A stretch of 63,958 bases of DNA, the filler included, from Fonticula-like sp. SCN 57-25 (taxonomy: Eukaryota), in the NCBI GenBank assembly GCA_001724245.1. It is 6 parts of 6 records of this genome, joined end to end, with 100 filler letters (N's around TTAATTAATTAA, not from the genome) between each part and the next. Parts side by side here need not be neighbours in the genome. Positions count along the whole stretch, not along the records: positions 43,311 to 53,808 come from MEDX01000231.1; positions 53,909 to 63,958 come from MEDX01000239.1; 4 more parts are not named here. The stretch is one strand, 5' to 3'. Positions 46,813-58,881 of the stretch are shown here, in pieces; within the stretch, counting starts at the first letter, position 1, and every line of letters begins with the position of its first letter. The notes under the pieces were generated by a model, which was not told the DNA's origin, did no database searches, and saw only the letters and a program-made list of their open reading frames with translations. The translations under genes and the position numbers were made by a program.

Positions 46813-48631
46813 ATGGCCGCGTTTCTGGTTGCGGCGGGCCGTAGCGGGGCAAGCCGCGGTCTCACCCTATCCGCGAGACGATATGCATCGGCAGTGTCAG
46901 AGCCTGCGCCGAGCACATCCCTTGTGCGCAAGTATTGGCCGATCGCGTTGGGTGCCGTCGGCGTCACCGGCGGCGTCCTCACCTTTACAGATTCTGGCCG
47001 TGCGTACGCTGCGATGATGGGGCGCGCTGGCCTCACGGGCTCCGTTGGCGCTGCAATTGTGGCGGACTACAAGTGGTCGCTGTACGGCGAGAGTAGAAAG
47101 GATGACGCGGTGTGGTCCAAGGTGCATGCGCGATCGGCCGAGCGCCTGCTTTGGCTCTTCCGTAGCCTTGGCGGCGTCTACATCAAGATCGGACAGCACA
47201 TGGCGGCGCTCGAGTACTTGCTTCCCCGAGAGTACACGCAGACGATGGCTGCCTTGCAGAACGACGCGCCGCAGAGCCCGTTCGCCGCCGTCGAGCGCGT
47301 CATTCACAGCGAGTTTGACAAGCCAATCAGCGAGATTTTCGCCACGTTCGACCCTACGCCTATCGCCTCGGCGTCGTTAGCGCAAGTCCACCGTGCAACG
47401 CTTTTGGACGGCCGTGAAGTGGCCGTCAAGGTGCAGCACGAAGCTCTCAAGAGGGACGCGCCGACCGACCTTCTCGCGGTAAACTCGTTTGCAAAGATTG
47501 TTCGCTGGCTGTTCCCCGACTTTTCGCTTGATTGGCTCGCGGAGGAGGTTCGCGTCGGACTGCCCAAGGAGCTTAACTTTGTTCAGGTACGCATGAAGTC
47601 ATAATATGTCGTGTTCTGATCCCTCGAGACAGGAGGGTGCCAATGCGGACCGCGCGCGCGTCATGTTTGCGCATCGCAAAAACCTCGTCATCCCCGAGAT
47701 CTTTTGGCCGCTCACTAGCTCGCGCGTCCTTATCATGGAGTTTATTCACGGTGCCAAGGTGACCGATCTTGGCTACCTTAACAAGCACAAGATCGACCCG
47801 CGCCTCGTTGCGACCACCTTTAACGACCTCTTTGGCGAGATGATTTACACGCGCGGGTTCGTGCACGCCGACCCTCACCCGGGCAACGTCTACGTCCGCT
47901 CCAAGGAGCCCACCAGGTCCTGGTGGAACTGGCTCTTTGGCGGGAAATCCAGCAACTTTGAGCTGGTGTTGTTTGATCACGGCCTGTACCGCGAGCTGTC
48001 GGACGACTTTAGGCTCAACTATGCGCACCTGTGGCTGTCGATTATTAACGGTACGCAACGCAGGGTCTTTTTTATGTATTGGCTGACCAGTGATGCAGGT
48101 GACGAAAAGGGCATCAAGCACTACAGCAAGGAACTCGGTGCCGGCGACCTTTACAGGTTGTTCACCGCCATGCTCACCGCCCGCGTCTACGACTCTGTCG
48201 TTTCCACCGACGGCTCCAACAACAACCTGAAAAAGCCGCGCAGCGAAGCCGAGACAAAGCTCATGATGAACACCGCGTCAAACTACCTCACCGATGTGAA
48301 CACGATCTTCGGCAGTATTCCGCGCGAGCTCCTCCTCGTGCTCAAGACGAACGACCTCGCGCGCTCTGTCGAAAACACTTTATTGGTACGATGCGTCTGA
48401 TGCAACTGTATGTACTCACCGGCTTTGCCCGAGCAGCAAGACGGCGGTCTGCGCTCCTACGCCCAGATGGCGCGCTACTGCGTCGACACCATCTACGAGA
48501 CCGAGATCAACGACGAGTCGCGCGACTGGAAGAGCCGCGCCGGCGCGTGGGTCGACTACCAGCGCGCCGTGTTCCGCCTGTGGGTGGTGGACGCTGTGCT
48601 CGCGGCAAGCTCCTACTTTAAGAGGGCTTGA
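46813..48631 (+). CDS. ADCK1: ABC1/UbiB atypical kinase (ADCK1/Mcp2-like), mitochondrial
   Basis: Presequence, GGVYIKIGQH, ASASLAQVH, VAVKVQH, FVHADPHPGN and FDHGLY. Confidence 0.9.
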
Positions 48632-48866
48632 TATAATCTCTCTATTTTTGCCCCCTTTTTGAACATATCCGGATGCATAGATGCGTGGAACGCGCAGATG
48701 CGAATATTTGTATATAAATAGATAAACGGTTTATAAGGCTAAAATGCAAAATTATGCTGCTGATGCTTGCGGCAAGTTACGATAGTACTAGTAGTAGGAA
48801 TACACGCTCGTGTGGAAGATAGGGGAGAAGAGAATCATTTACTGATTATGGAAATTGTAAAATTCG

Positions 48867-50667
48867 CTATTCGCGAAGCGCCTCGTTGAGCGGGTCGTCC
48901 TCGTCGTCGCTGTCCGCGAGCTGGAACACGTCATGGAGCGCATCACTTGACGACGGCACTGTGATGTCGCCGTCGAGCTGCTCGCCGCTCTCAATATCTT
49001 CTTCATCTTGTTCATCAAATTCGCCAGAGGCGTCTAAAAGTGCAATGTCTTGCGTGCGCGGGTGGGCAGTGTCCCGCGCGCTCCACTCAGACTTGTAACA
49101 AATGTAGCAATAAGAGCTGACGCAGCAGAACAGCGCGCACGCCAGGCCTCCCCACATGCCGACGAGCCCCGCCCCAGCCGGAAAGGCGAAAATCATGGCG
49201 AGCGGGATGCCCACAACGTAAAAGCTGACAAAGCTTGCCAGCGCCGCGATGAGCTGCTTGCCGAGGCCGCGCACGACGCCGCTCACAATGGACTGCAGGC
49301 CGTCCAGAATGTGGAAGCTGCCGTACACGAGGAGGACGCGCGCCACGAGCGGCGACACGCTCTCGTCGTCGGTGAACAGGGTCGACCAGTGCGTACGCAG
49401 CGAGAGGAGCAGGGTCGACAGCAGGAGCGAGATGCAGATGCCAATGCAGAGCGAGACCCACGCGGCCAGCTGCGCCTTCGAGCGGTGCCCCGCGCCGAGT
49501 TCATTGCCGACGCGCGTGGTGGCCGCCACGCCGACGCCGTACGGGATCATGTACGACAGGCTGGCCGTTGTCGCGACGATGGCGTGCGTGGCAAGCTCCG
49601 CCTCGCCCATGACGCCCGCCACAAGCGCAAGGATCTCAAGCGCCCACCACTCATTGCTTTAGAAATATGTCAGCAAACGCAAGGGCCAAGGCAATGTACG
49701 CACCAGACCATGGCCATGCCCGGCAGGCCGTAGCGGAGGTACTCCTTCCAGCCGCGCAGCGCCTTGCGCGACCACCCGCCCCACGTTTGGACGTGCACCC
49801 TGCTCAGCAAAAAGTAGACGTGCATGAAGAGCGGCTGAACGACCCAGCCCAGCGCGAGCGAAAGGCCGGCGCCGGTGAAGCCCATGTCCGCGACCACCAC
49901 AAACAGGTAGCACGCGAGGGCGACGATCGCCACGGCGGCGATCATCGTGAAAAAGATAGGAAGAGTGTTGCCCATGGCCGACAGGTAGCGCTTCTGGCAC
50001 TCAAATACAAGAACAAAGGGGAGCGCGCCAGCAAGGATGCGGATCATCTCGCCGGCAAGGGCGGCAATGTCGGGATCTTGCTTGAGACCAACAAGGATCT
50101 GCTCAGAGACGAGCCACAAGGTGATGATGGGGATCGACACAGCGAATGAAATAAGAACGCCGCGCTGAACATACTGTGGTGCGTAAAGAGCGTCAGAGAC
50201 ACACAAGCGAGACTTTAAGTGGCGTACGACGCCGACCATCTTGGAGTGCGGGTTGCGCCCATACTCTTGCGAGCACAGAGTGTCGAGCGCAGCAGCAAGT
50301 CCGTACGCGACAGACAATCCCGTCACAATCACATACATGTTCGCCAGTGACACGGCAGCAAGCTCTATTCGGACACGACACGGCGTTAGCGGCAAGCGGT
50401 CGAGTGGGCGCAACGATTTCCGCACCATGAGCTCCTCCGGTCCGCCCGACGATGAAAATAATAATCTGCGCCATGGCGTAAGCAAGCCGCCCCGGGCATC
50501 ATGCGCATGACAGTACGCACCAAGTTAAGGCTGAGCTGGAGCAGGTACCCCAGCACGACTGGCGTGGCGATGCGAACCTGCAACTTCGTCTCTGCCCAAA
50601 CGCGCGCCGGCAGCGGTCCACCGGGCCCCGACGCTAGCGAGTTTACATGCCGCTTGACTTTATCCAT
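48867..50667 (-). CDS. MATE family efflux transporter, multi-exon
   Basis: GLAAALDTLCSQEYG, GVAATTRVGNELGAG, SGVVRGLGKQ, YVVGIP and many TM helices. Confidence 0.93.
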
Positions 50668-50852
50668 AAGGCATTCACGGCCAGAACCTAGAACCAAAAA
50701 CGCCTGCGGAACGCGGCAACGGGGAAATGAAGTTGTCTATTGGCGCGCGCGATCGCTCGCCCTGGCCTTTTGCAGATGACGACAGAGGGGCCGAGGAAGG
50801 CGACGTTCACGTGATTAGTATCGCTGACACCGTCTGACGTCCAGGTGGCGGG

Positions 50853-53808
50853 ATGTCGTCGTCGGTCGAGTTGGACTCCCCTAGCTTACAGGGCGATGAC
50901 ATCGTGCGCGGGCCCCATGCTGTGCTCTGTGTATGCGGGGAAGCTAACCGATGGGGGCGGGTTCTAGGATTCCGACTTGATCGAGGTGACGCCGCCGTCG
51001 GCATTCCAAGGTGCGTGGCGCCATTTCGAGGAGACGTGGCTCACTCTGTTTAATGAATAGCCAAGGCACAGTCGTGCTACAAGTCATTAAGGGCGCGCCC
51101 CAAACTGTTCTATGGCCTTATTATTGGCTCCTTTGCGTTGGTGGTGACGGCCATCATCGTGACGGCTGTGGTGCTCACGAGCAATGGCGGTGCGCTTGGC
51201 GGGCGTCGCACCAGCGCGGCATCTCACGTGGAATGTTAGGTATCAACAACGACGGCGACACGAGCGATCTCTGGACGTCGGACCGCCTCTCCAGCACGGT
51301 CGTGCCCAACACGTACTGGGTGCACTTGTCCGTGGACATGGACAAGTTCACCTTTGTCGGCAATGAGACGATCTCGCTCAACGTCCTCGAGCCAACGTCG
51401 CTCATTGTGCTCCACAGCAACGCGCTGGTTATTACAGACGCTGCGGTTACCCTCAACACTGGAAAAACCATACGGCCACAAGCGTACGCGCGTACTATTG
51501 ACGCTCGCGTGGACACTCACCGCCGCCTCTAGGGTCATCACCGACGTCACTCGCCAGTTCCTTGTGCTGCAGTTCAAGGAAAACGAGATCACCAAGGCGG
51601 CCGTACGAGCGGTTAACCCCAAAGTATTATGCTGACTTTGTGTTTCAGCATTCTCTTTCATTAAAGTTCAAAGGCGACATCAAGACCAACCTCGCTGGGC
51701 TCTACCGCAGCTCGTACAAGATGGAAGGCTCGAGCTCCACCGAATGGCTCGCCGTCACAGTACGACCGAGCACGCATCGCTGATTGAAACCAACGCATTG
51801 TGTTAGCAATTTGAGCCTACGGATGCGCGCCGCATGTTCCCGTGCTTTGACGAGCCGGCCTTCAAGGCCATCTTCCACATGTCGGTCGAGGCGCCCTACC
51901 AGTTCACCGTCTACAGCAACACGCAGCGGATTCACAGCTACATGACGTCATCCAAGAACCAGGTGTGTTTTTATTTTGTGCTTTTGCGTGTAGTGCTAAC
52001 TTTGGGCAAGGTCTCGTACTTTGCTCCGTCGCCGATCATGAGCACATACCTTGTTGCACTCGTCGTCGCCATCTTTGAATGCGACAGCGTGCTCACGAAC
52101 GACGGCATCAACATCCGCGTGTGCTCACGCCCGCTGGCGCGTGGCGGCGAGCTCCGCCGCTTCGCACTGGACAACGCCGTCGAGATGATGGAGTACTATA
52201 CCGATTACTTTGGCATCTCGTATCCGTTGACCAAGGCGGAACTCTTTGCCATCCCCGACTTTGGCGCCGGCGCAATGGAGAACTGGGGTCTCATCACCTT
52301 CCGCGAAAAGTACCTTCTTCTCGATCCCCGCTCTGCGTCAGCCTCGGCAAAGCAGGACATTGCTGGCGTCATCGCCCACGAGCTCGCTCACCAGTGGTTC
52401 GGCAACCTCGTGACGATGAAGTGGTGGTGCGTGCACTCGCTCAGCTGTCATTGTGGCTGACCTGTGGTACAGGGACGATCTGTGGCTCAATGAAGGGTTT
52501 GCTTCGTTCATGGAGCTGCAGGGGCAGGACGCAGTTCACCCCGAATGGGACATGTACAAGAGCCAGTTTTACACTGGCATGCTCATGAACGCGCTGCGCG
52601 CCGACTCGCTCGCCAGCACCCACCCCATCGAAGCAACCATCGGTCCGCACGTGCAAAAAGGTTGCCTATCGTACTCACCACGGCTCTGCAGATGACCCGA
52701 ATGACGTGTTCCATCTCTTTGACACGATTTCGTACGACAAGGGCGCCGCCGTTCTGCGAATGCTGTCCCTCTTCCTTTCCGAGATTCGCAGCCCGAGATA
52801 CTTCCAGGACCACCTGTACGAGTACTTGAACAAGTACAGCTACTCGTCGGCCACGACCGCCGACCTCTGGGACTCGTTCGAGGACCCAGCTCAGGGCGGC
52901 CTTGAGATCGAGCGCCTCATGGACTCGTGGACGACACAGGAGGGCTACCCGCTGCTCACCGTCACGCGGGATGGTCGGATGTACGAGCTCGCTTGCTAAC
53001 GCAGCCGGAAACTCACGATAGTTCTAGTACTCGCATTAGCCAAGCTCGTTTCTGGGACGATCCGGCCGACGCCTCCGCCGGCTCGACTCGCTGGTGGGTC
53101 CCTATTACGTACCTTGCCAAGAACGCGACCGGCGTGTTCCGCAACACGGTGCTCATGCGCGGCCTTGCGTACGTCTATATAATTTTACTTTAGCGTTAGA
53201 ACTTACGTGTGCGCTCAGGTCGTTTGCGCTGCCCGAGGCGTCCGGCATTGAATGGTACAAGATCAATGCCGCGAATACGGCGCCCTGCCGCACCCTTTAC
53301 CCGGTCGATATGCTGCAGGCGATTAGGGCGTCCTTGATGAGCAACATTTCGATTCTGGATGGTGCGCATTTGCTTGCGACCGCTTGTTTGTCTCACCCTG
53401 CAAGGTAGCTTCCGATCGTGCTGGTCTACTCGGCGACTCGTTCGCGACCATGCTGAGCGGCCACACAAAGCCCGCCGACGCGTTTAACTACATCTCGTAT
53501 GCATCGACTGAGCTTGGTATGCAATTATTTAGCCTCTTTTTTGATGCTAATATGCTGTGCATAGCGGTCGTTCCCCTTCAGACGCTCCTCTCGTACCTCC
53601 GCCAGGTCGGTATGCTTGTGCGCTCGATCGACTTTGACGCGTACTCGCGCTCGCTTCTGTCGAATGCCATGAGCAGCGTCGGCTGGTCGGGCTACCCGGC
53701 AGGCCAGCCGGAGCACCACGTTGACCTGCTGCGCGGCGACCTTTTGATGGCCGGCGTCCAGTTTGGCGACGCTGACGTGATTGCTGAAGCATCGACGCGG
53801 TTTGAGGC
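50853..53808 (+). CDS. M1 family zinc aminopeptidase with N-terminal membrane anchor, 3'-truncated (start uncertain)
   Basis: QFEPTDARRMFPCFDEP, GAMENWGL, HELAHQWFGN, LWLNEGFA and SYDKGAAVLRML. Confidence 0.93.
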
Positions 53809-53908
53809 NNNNNNNNNNNNNNNNNNNNNNNNNNNNNNNNNNNNNNNNNNNNTTAATTAATTAANNNNNNNNNNNNNNNNNNNNNNNNNNNNNNNNNNNN
53901 NNNNNNNN
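53809..53908. other. Artificial contig linker
   Basis: N44-TTAATTAATTAA-N44. Confidence 0.98.
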
Positions 53909-54122
53909 TGTACATTGTGCTTTCAAGGTAGTGGATGCACGGAATGCGCGGTTTCAGCGTCATTTAGCTGGACTGTACAGCATGTTGTGTGTGTGCTTTT
54001 ATTTGCAATTGGAAGTGCGCCGGCCAAAGGCGCTTGAAGTCGTCTTATTTGTGCGCATATCAGTTCAGTTTGCACTTCAGTTTGCATCGTTTGCAAAGTT
54101 TGCAAGCCCCTTGAAAACAGAG

Positions 54123-55646
54123 ATGCCGCCGCAGGAGGCGCAGCGTCTTTCGACGCACGACGGGTTCGGCGAAGACAACGGTATATCCGACGACGAGGAC
54201 GACCACATTATTTCAGCTCAGGCTGCTAGCTCGCCTTTTGATTCGCAGAGCGAGGAGAGCCAGGATTTCAAAGAGTATGCACGTCTTCGTCCGTCAAAGG
54301 CCATCGAGTCGTCCATGTTTGAGCGGGATTTCGTCCAATTCTGTCGCTGGCTGCGCGCCAAGGTTCACGCCAAGCACCCCGCGAGCACCTTTCGCGACAT
54401 TAACCGCCACACGCTGTACCGCGATCTCCTCGGCTACGCCTTCATCGCGGTCGCATACTGGACACTGTGGTTTGTCGCGTCGTCTTACACCTGGGTCTGG
54501 TCCCCTCCTCTCTTTGTGGCAGCCCTCTATGTGTACCGCCGCGAACAGCTCGTCCACGCCCGCATGCACTACATCCGCAACATGACCGGCGTTCCTCTTT
54601 TGGACCGCTTTGTCGATGCGTCGCTCATCATCCTCACGGGCATCTCTGTGCAGGCATTTTACCGGCGTCACATTGACGAGCATCTGTCGTTCATCTCGAA
54701 CCACGCGCGCGTCTTTGGCTCTGACTGGCAGCCATTTGACGACCTGCCCGCCGTCTTCTGGGCCAAACCGTGGTCGCTCTTTCGCGTCGCGCTCGATGCC
54801 GACCGCTGCAAGCGCGACGGCTTCCACCGCGGCCACCTTTTGTGGGAAGGCATCGCCGTGCACCTGTACCTCGCCGCCGTCATCGGCGAGCTGTACGTCG
54901 GTCGCTCCTGCTATCTATTTGCCTTTCACCTTGTCCCGTACCTCATCACCGTCGCGGCGCGCCTCACCACGGGCATGCTGACGCACTCTGGCCTCGACTC
55001 GCGCAACTCGTTCAATAGCTGCGGCCTCTTTGACCACCGCACCGCGCGCGGCCTCTTCCGCATCATGGTGCTCCTCATCAACACTCTCTCTGACGACGCG
55101 CTCTCAGCGCACCCAATCCACCACGGCTACTCGCAGGCGCCGCTCGCGACGCTGCAGCCCATCCTGCGCGAGGTCAACGACCACTGCCGCGCGACCTACC
55201 GCGGCGTCCGGTACAACACGGTGCTCTCGCACGTCGTGCACGAAAACCTGCTCGCGCGCCTCCCGCCGCCGCGCTGGTACCACTACCCGGTGCAGGCGGC
55301 CGTCGACGTGGCCGCGCTCGCGCTCTCCGCGGCAAGCATCCTCGGCGCGTCCGTCCCGCCAATCCTCCTCGAGCTCGCCATCGTCGACTACCGCGTGTAC
55401 GCAGTGTCGACAAAGGAGGAGCGCGCGGCGAATATCATTGCGCTGTGGGACTCGCTGAGGCTCACTGAACGCGCGCGTGCAATGAGCAAGCACAATAGCT
55501 ACCTCACATTCGTTCTCAGAAATTACGCGGCCATGAAGGAGACGGTCAGGACGGCCGCCGTTCCGGTCAAGGCAGGTCGAAAGGCATTTGGTCCGGCATT
55601 CGTCTACGAAGAAATGGGATTGCCCATACCAGAAGGCGCAGAATAG
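54123..55646 (+). CDS. Divergent membrane-bound His-box di-iron enzyme (fatty acid desaturase/hydroxylase superfamily), intronless
   Basis: Ordered His motifs HARMH, HIDEH, TH and HPIHH, separated by hydrophobic segments. Confidence 0.6.
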   Translation: MPPQEAQRLSTHDGFGEDNGISDDEDDHIISAQAASSPFDSQSEESQDFKEYARLRPSKAIESSMFERDFVQFCRWLRAKVHAKHPASTFRDINRHTLYRDLLGYAFIAVAYWTLWFVASSYTWVWSPPLFVAALYVYRREQLVHARMHYIRNMTGVPLLDRFVDASLIILTGISVQAFYRRHIDEHLSFISNHARVFGSDWQPFDDLPAVFWAKPWSLFRVALDADRCKRDGFHRGHLLWEGIAVHLYLAAVIGELYVGRSCYLFAFHLVPYLITVAARLTTGMLTHSGLDSRNSFNSCGLFDHRTARGLFRIMVLLINTLSDDALSAHPIHHGYSQAPLATLQPILREVNDHCRATYRGVRYNTVLSHVVHENLLARLPPPRWYHYPVQAAVDVAALALSAASILGASVPPILLELAIVDYRVYAVSTKEERAANIIALWDSLRLTERARAMSKHNSYLTFVLRNYAAMKETVRTAAVPVKAGRKAFGPAFVYEEMGLPIPEGAE

Positions 55647-55793
55647 GATATATTAGAGCATTCATTGTAGTAGTAGATTTATATCTTTTTCTTGTATCGA
55701 AATCAGTGTTTGTTGTTTGTCAATGTACACTATCGAAGATGCAATTGTCTTCAGTAATATATCGCAATAGTACATATACCAAAAATACAGCGT

Positions 55794-57300
55794 TCAAAAA
55801 TAGTCCTGAATGAGCGGCGTGACAGTCTTCACCGTCAATGAACTTTTCCTCTCCTCCTTTTCGAGATCTTCAACACGCACTCTGCTTGAGTACTTGAACA
55901 GCGCGTCCCGCTCGCTCGCGAGCTGCCGCCTGAGCCCCTCTGCCGTCGTGCACAGCATCACCTGCGCCTCTACGTCCCTGTCGACCGACCGCGCGCCATA
56001 ATTTGGCGACCCAACCATCGTCATGACTGGCTTTCCTTGGTCGCCTTCCTCGCCGGGCGTGAACCACATGCCCTTGGCGTGGAATGTCCACCCCGGCCGC
56101 TCATACTCGTGCACGCTCAGGCGCTCCTGCTGCGCCGCCGCGTCGACTCGCGAGAGGAAATTGCGCTCTATGAACGTGTACGCGGGCGGGATGAGGCCGG
56201 AAGCGCCGCGGGAGCCGAAAAAGCCGTTGGCGCGCGGCGACGCAGTCAGGATCTTCATCGAGTGGCTCGATTCGAGAAGGAGGCGCTCGTACGCCTTGGT
56301 AAAGTTAAAATAGCCAGAGGCGAGGTGAATGTGGCCGTGCGGGGCGTTGCCGCCGCTAAGAAGGGCGAGGAGGGCGGATTCGTCCTGGCGCACGCCAAGT
56401 GGGCCGGCCTGCACAAGCGGCATTACCCACGCGTCGTCGTTCCCGCGCTTTTCAAAGAGATCCGTACGCGGACGCGCACTAAAAACAGAATTTTAGCCAA
56501 GTAATCCAAAGCACAGCGAGTGACGTACGCGTACTCGCGCTCGAGCAGGGCGTTGAGCGCGTCGCCGGCTTTGGTCCTGAACGCGCTGCTTTCTTTGGCG
56601 GGGTCCGGGACGCCAGCAGGAAGCTCGAGCGATCCCTCGGCCGACGTCGGCGCGAGGCGGTACGAATGGTCCGACACGCACGCGACGAGGCGCGCAAAGT
56701 AGTCAGCAAGATCGCCGGCGCCGCGGAACACGACGTAGCGATCCTGGCGCTGGTCAAAGTAGTCCTGGCTCAGGTTGGCGCCACTGAGGATCAGCGTGTC
56801 GTCAAAGAGATACACCTTCATGTGCTGCAGGCCGACCGTCTCGTCCCAGCGAGGGGGGAGCACAAACTTCTTAAAGCCGGTGAGGTCGGGCGTGTGGTAC
56901 AGCGAGACGGCCGCGCGATCGCCGTAGCGTGACGCGAGGGGAGACAGCATCCCGCGCGATGACTTTGGGCCGCGAGACCCGCGCAGGGCATCGAGCAGGA
57001 CGCGCAGGCGAAGCGAGGGGCGAGAGGCAAGCGCTTCGTCAAGGTCAGACACAAGCTGGCGCTCTCGCTCGCCCGTCCCGAGGTACAGCGAGGCTAGGAC
57101 AACGCGGTCGCGCGCTGACGCGATGCCGGCCTGCAGGGCACGTCAGCATGCACGAAACCAATTATATGGGCGCGCACCCGAAGCTCATCGTAAAACTCGG
57201 CGGGGGAGTTTATTATGTGAATGCGGCTGGCTGCACTGCGAAAGACGGGGGCCGAGCGCGCAACGCCGAGCAGCGCCGGGATAACGCTGCTCGACGGCAT
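55794..57300 (-). CDS. PGS1: PLD-type phosphatidylglycerophosphate synthase, multi-exon
   Basis: GLQHMKVYLFDDTLILSGANLSQDYF, ASGYFNF, ANGFFGS, WTFHAKGMW and GSPNYGARS. Confidence 0.93.
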
Positions 57301-57456
57301 GCCCACGTGATGCCGCCGAGGCCAGGGAAAGTGACAAACAGAATGGCAAAAACATCTTTGGGGTTTTATTGTATATACAATGACAATAACAAGAGGCGTG
57401 TAGGCAAACGCATTTGCTTTTTGGTTTAGTATCTGTACACTGCGCGGGGGCAACGC

Positions 57457-57854
57457 TTACGCCGGCGGCACTGTGGACAAAGGTTAGACCGGCAAGAGAC
57501 AAGGAGGTGCAAACATACCGATGCCGAGCAGCATTTGCTGGAAATGTAACGAAAAGCGCTCCACCTTTTTTACGTCCTGACGCTCTACCGTGCTGAACAT
57601 GAGCGTCTACAGCGCCGGCGCGTTAGTGGCCAGCCCAGGGCGACGCACGCAGGGGGAGCGTACTGTAAAGTCGTCCGTCACACGGACTTGAATCTCGCCA
57701 TCATCGTTGCGGTACTTGCTCACGAGCCGCACCTAAAGCATCAAAACATTAACCACATGTATACAACAAGTGAGAGACGCACGTTGTCCGGCCGCTCGCG
57801 CGCAAGCTGCTCAGCCGCGCTCACAAAGTCGTCCCACTCTTGAAACCGCGGCAT
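57457..57854 (-). CDS. SRP9: Signal recognition particle 9 kDa subunit (4 tiny exons, not in the ORF track)
   Basis: Spliced MPRFQEWDDFVSAAEQLARERPDN|VRLVSKYRNDDGEIQVRVTDDFT|TLMFSTVERQDVKKVERF... Exons include 57783-57854 and 57664-57732. Confidence 0.88.
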
Positions 57855-58881
57855 AGCGACTTTGGTCGATTGACGCAAATTTGCAAATTTGCACTCGACC
57901 AATCAGGACGCGCCATATGTGTCGAGGCTGAATGGTAGTCTCGCCCTTTGCTCGGCGCGGCGCGCGCGGCGACGAGACTTTGTGCCTATGCTTGTCGCCT
58001 CGGGAAACACATTGCCTATTGGCGCGGATCTTTCGGACATGTCGCTCATGTGCATACTCCACCTTTAACTCTACATAACCACGCTTCACCCTGTGCATAG
58101 CACTTCAATATACTATTTTAAACCACGCTTCACCCTACATGTGTCCTAGCAGCCACGCGCCGGGGCGCCCGTCCGCCGCCCCATCCGATTAATCGTGTTC
58201 TATTTCCGCCGCATACGCAATCAGTTCATTTGATAAGACACGGGCGCATGCCAATATTCCGCGGCGTGCTGTAAACAACCGCCCACCAAGCCCAAAAACG
58301 TGCTTGATCAGGTCGGTTTCGGTCGGTCAGCTTACTGGCATTTCCCGAAAAGGAAATGTATTTGAAACGTCATCGCCATTTGCGGGAAAAACGAGCTGGA
58401 ATCAGCGCGGCGCTGACCTTGGGTTCCCTTGAAGGCACGCGCGCTCGAGCGAAAGGGAAAAAGGCCGAGAAAAAGGAGTCGTCGGCAGGAGCGCACAGCG
58501 ACACGCAAGGAACGGGGAGATCTTAGCAGGACGCTCGACGTGCCAGCAGGACAAAGTCAAGGCCGATCCCTGTGGTGCTGGGTTGTTTTCTGGCGAAAAG
58601 AAAAGGAGCGGGATTGGTCCTCTGAGCGATTCCGGTTCCTTTGAGTAGCCTTGCCTAGACCGAATCGACCTGCGCACTTTGTGTCTTTTGCCGTTTCACG
58701 CTGAAGGTGCTTGGAGCGCAAAGGGGCGGGCGATTGTTACAAGTGGTCACAGGTCATCGTCGGTCCACGCTGCGTGCGTGCTGTTTCAGGTTGTCGCAGC
58801 GCCGACCACCGAATTGAAGGTACGCTTGGGATCGCGTGCATAGCGGCGCGAGCAGCGTGCTGAGACGTGTAAAATTGCAGC

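Noticed and set aside
10562-53908. Five identical TTAATTAATTAA palindromes at roughly 10.5-11.4 kb spacing
   Set aside because: Each is flanked by 44 Ns on both sides. They are artificial six-frame-stop linkers, not biological repeats, and cross-linker gene clustering is meaningless.
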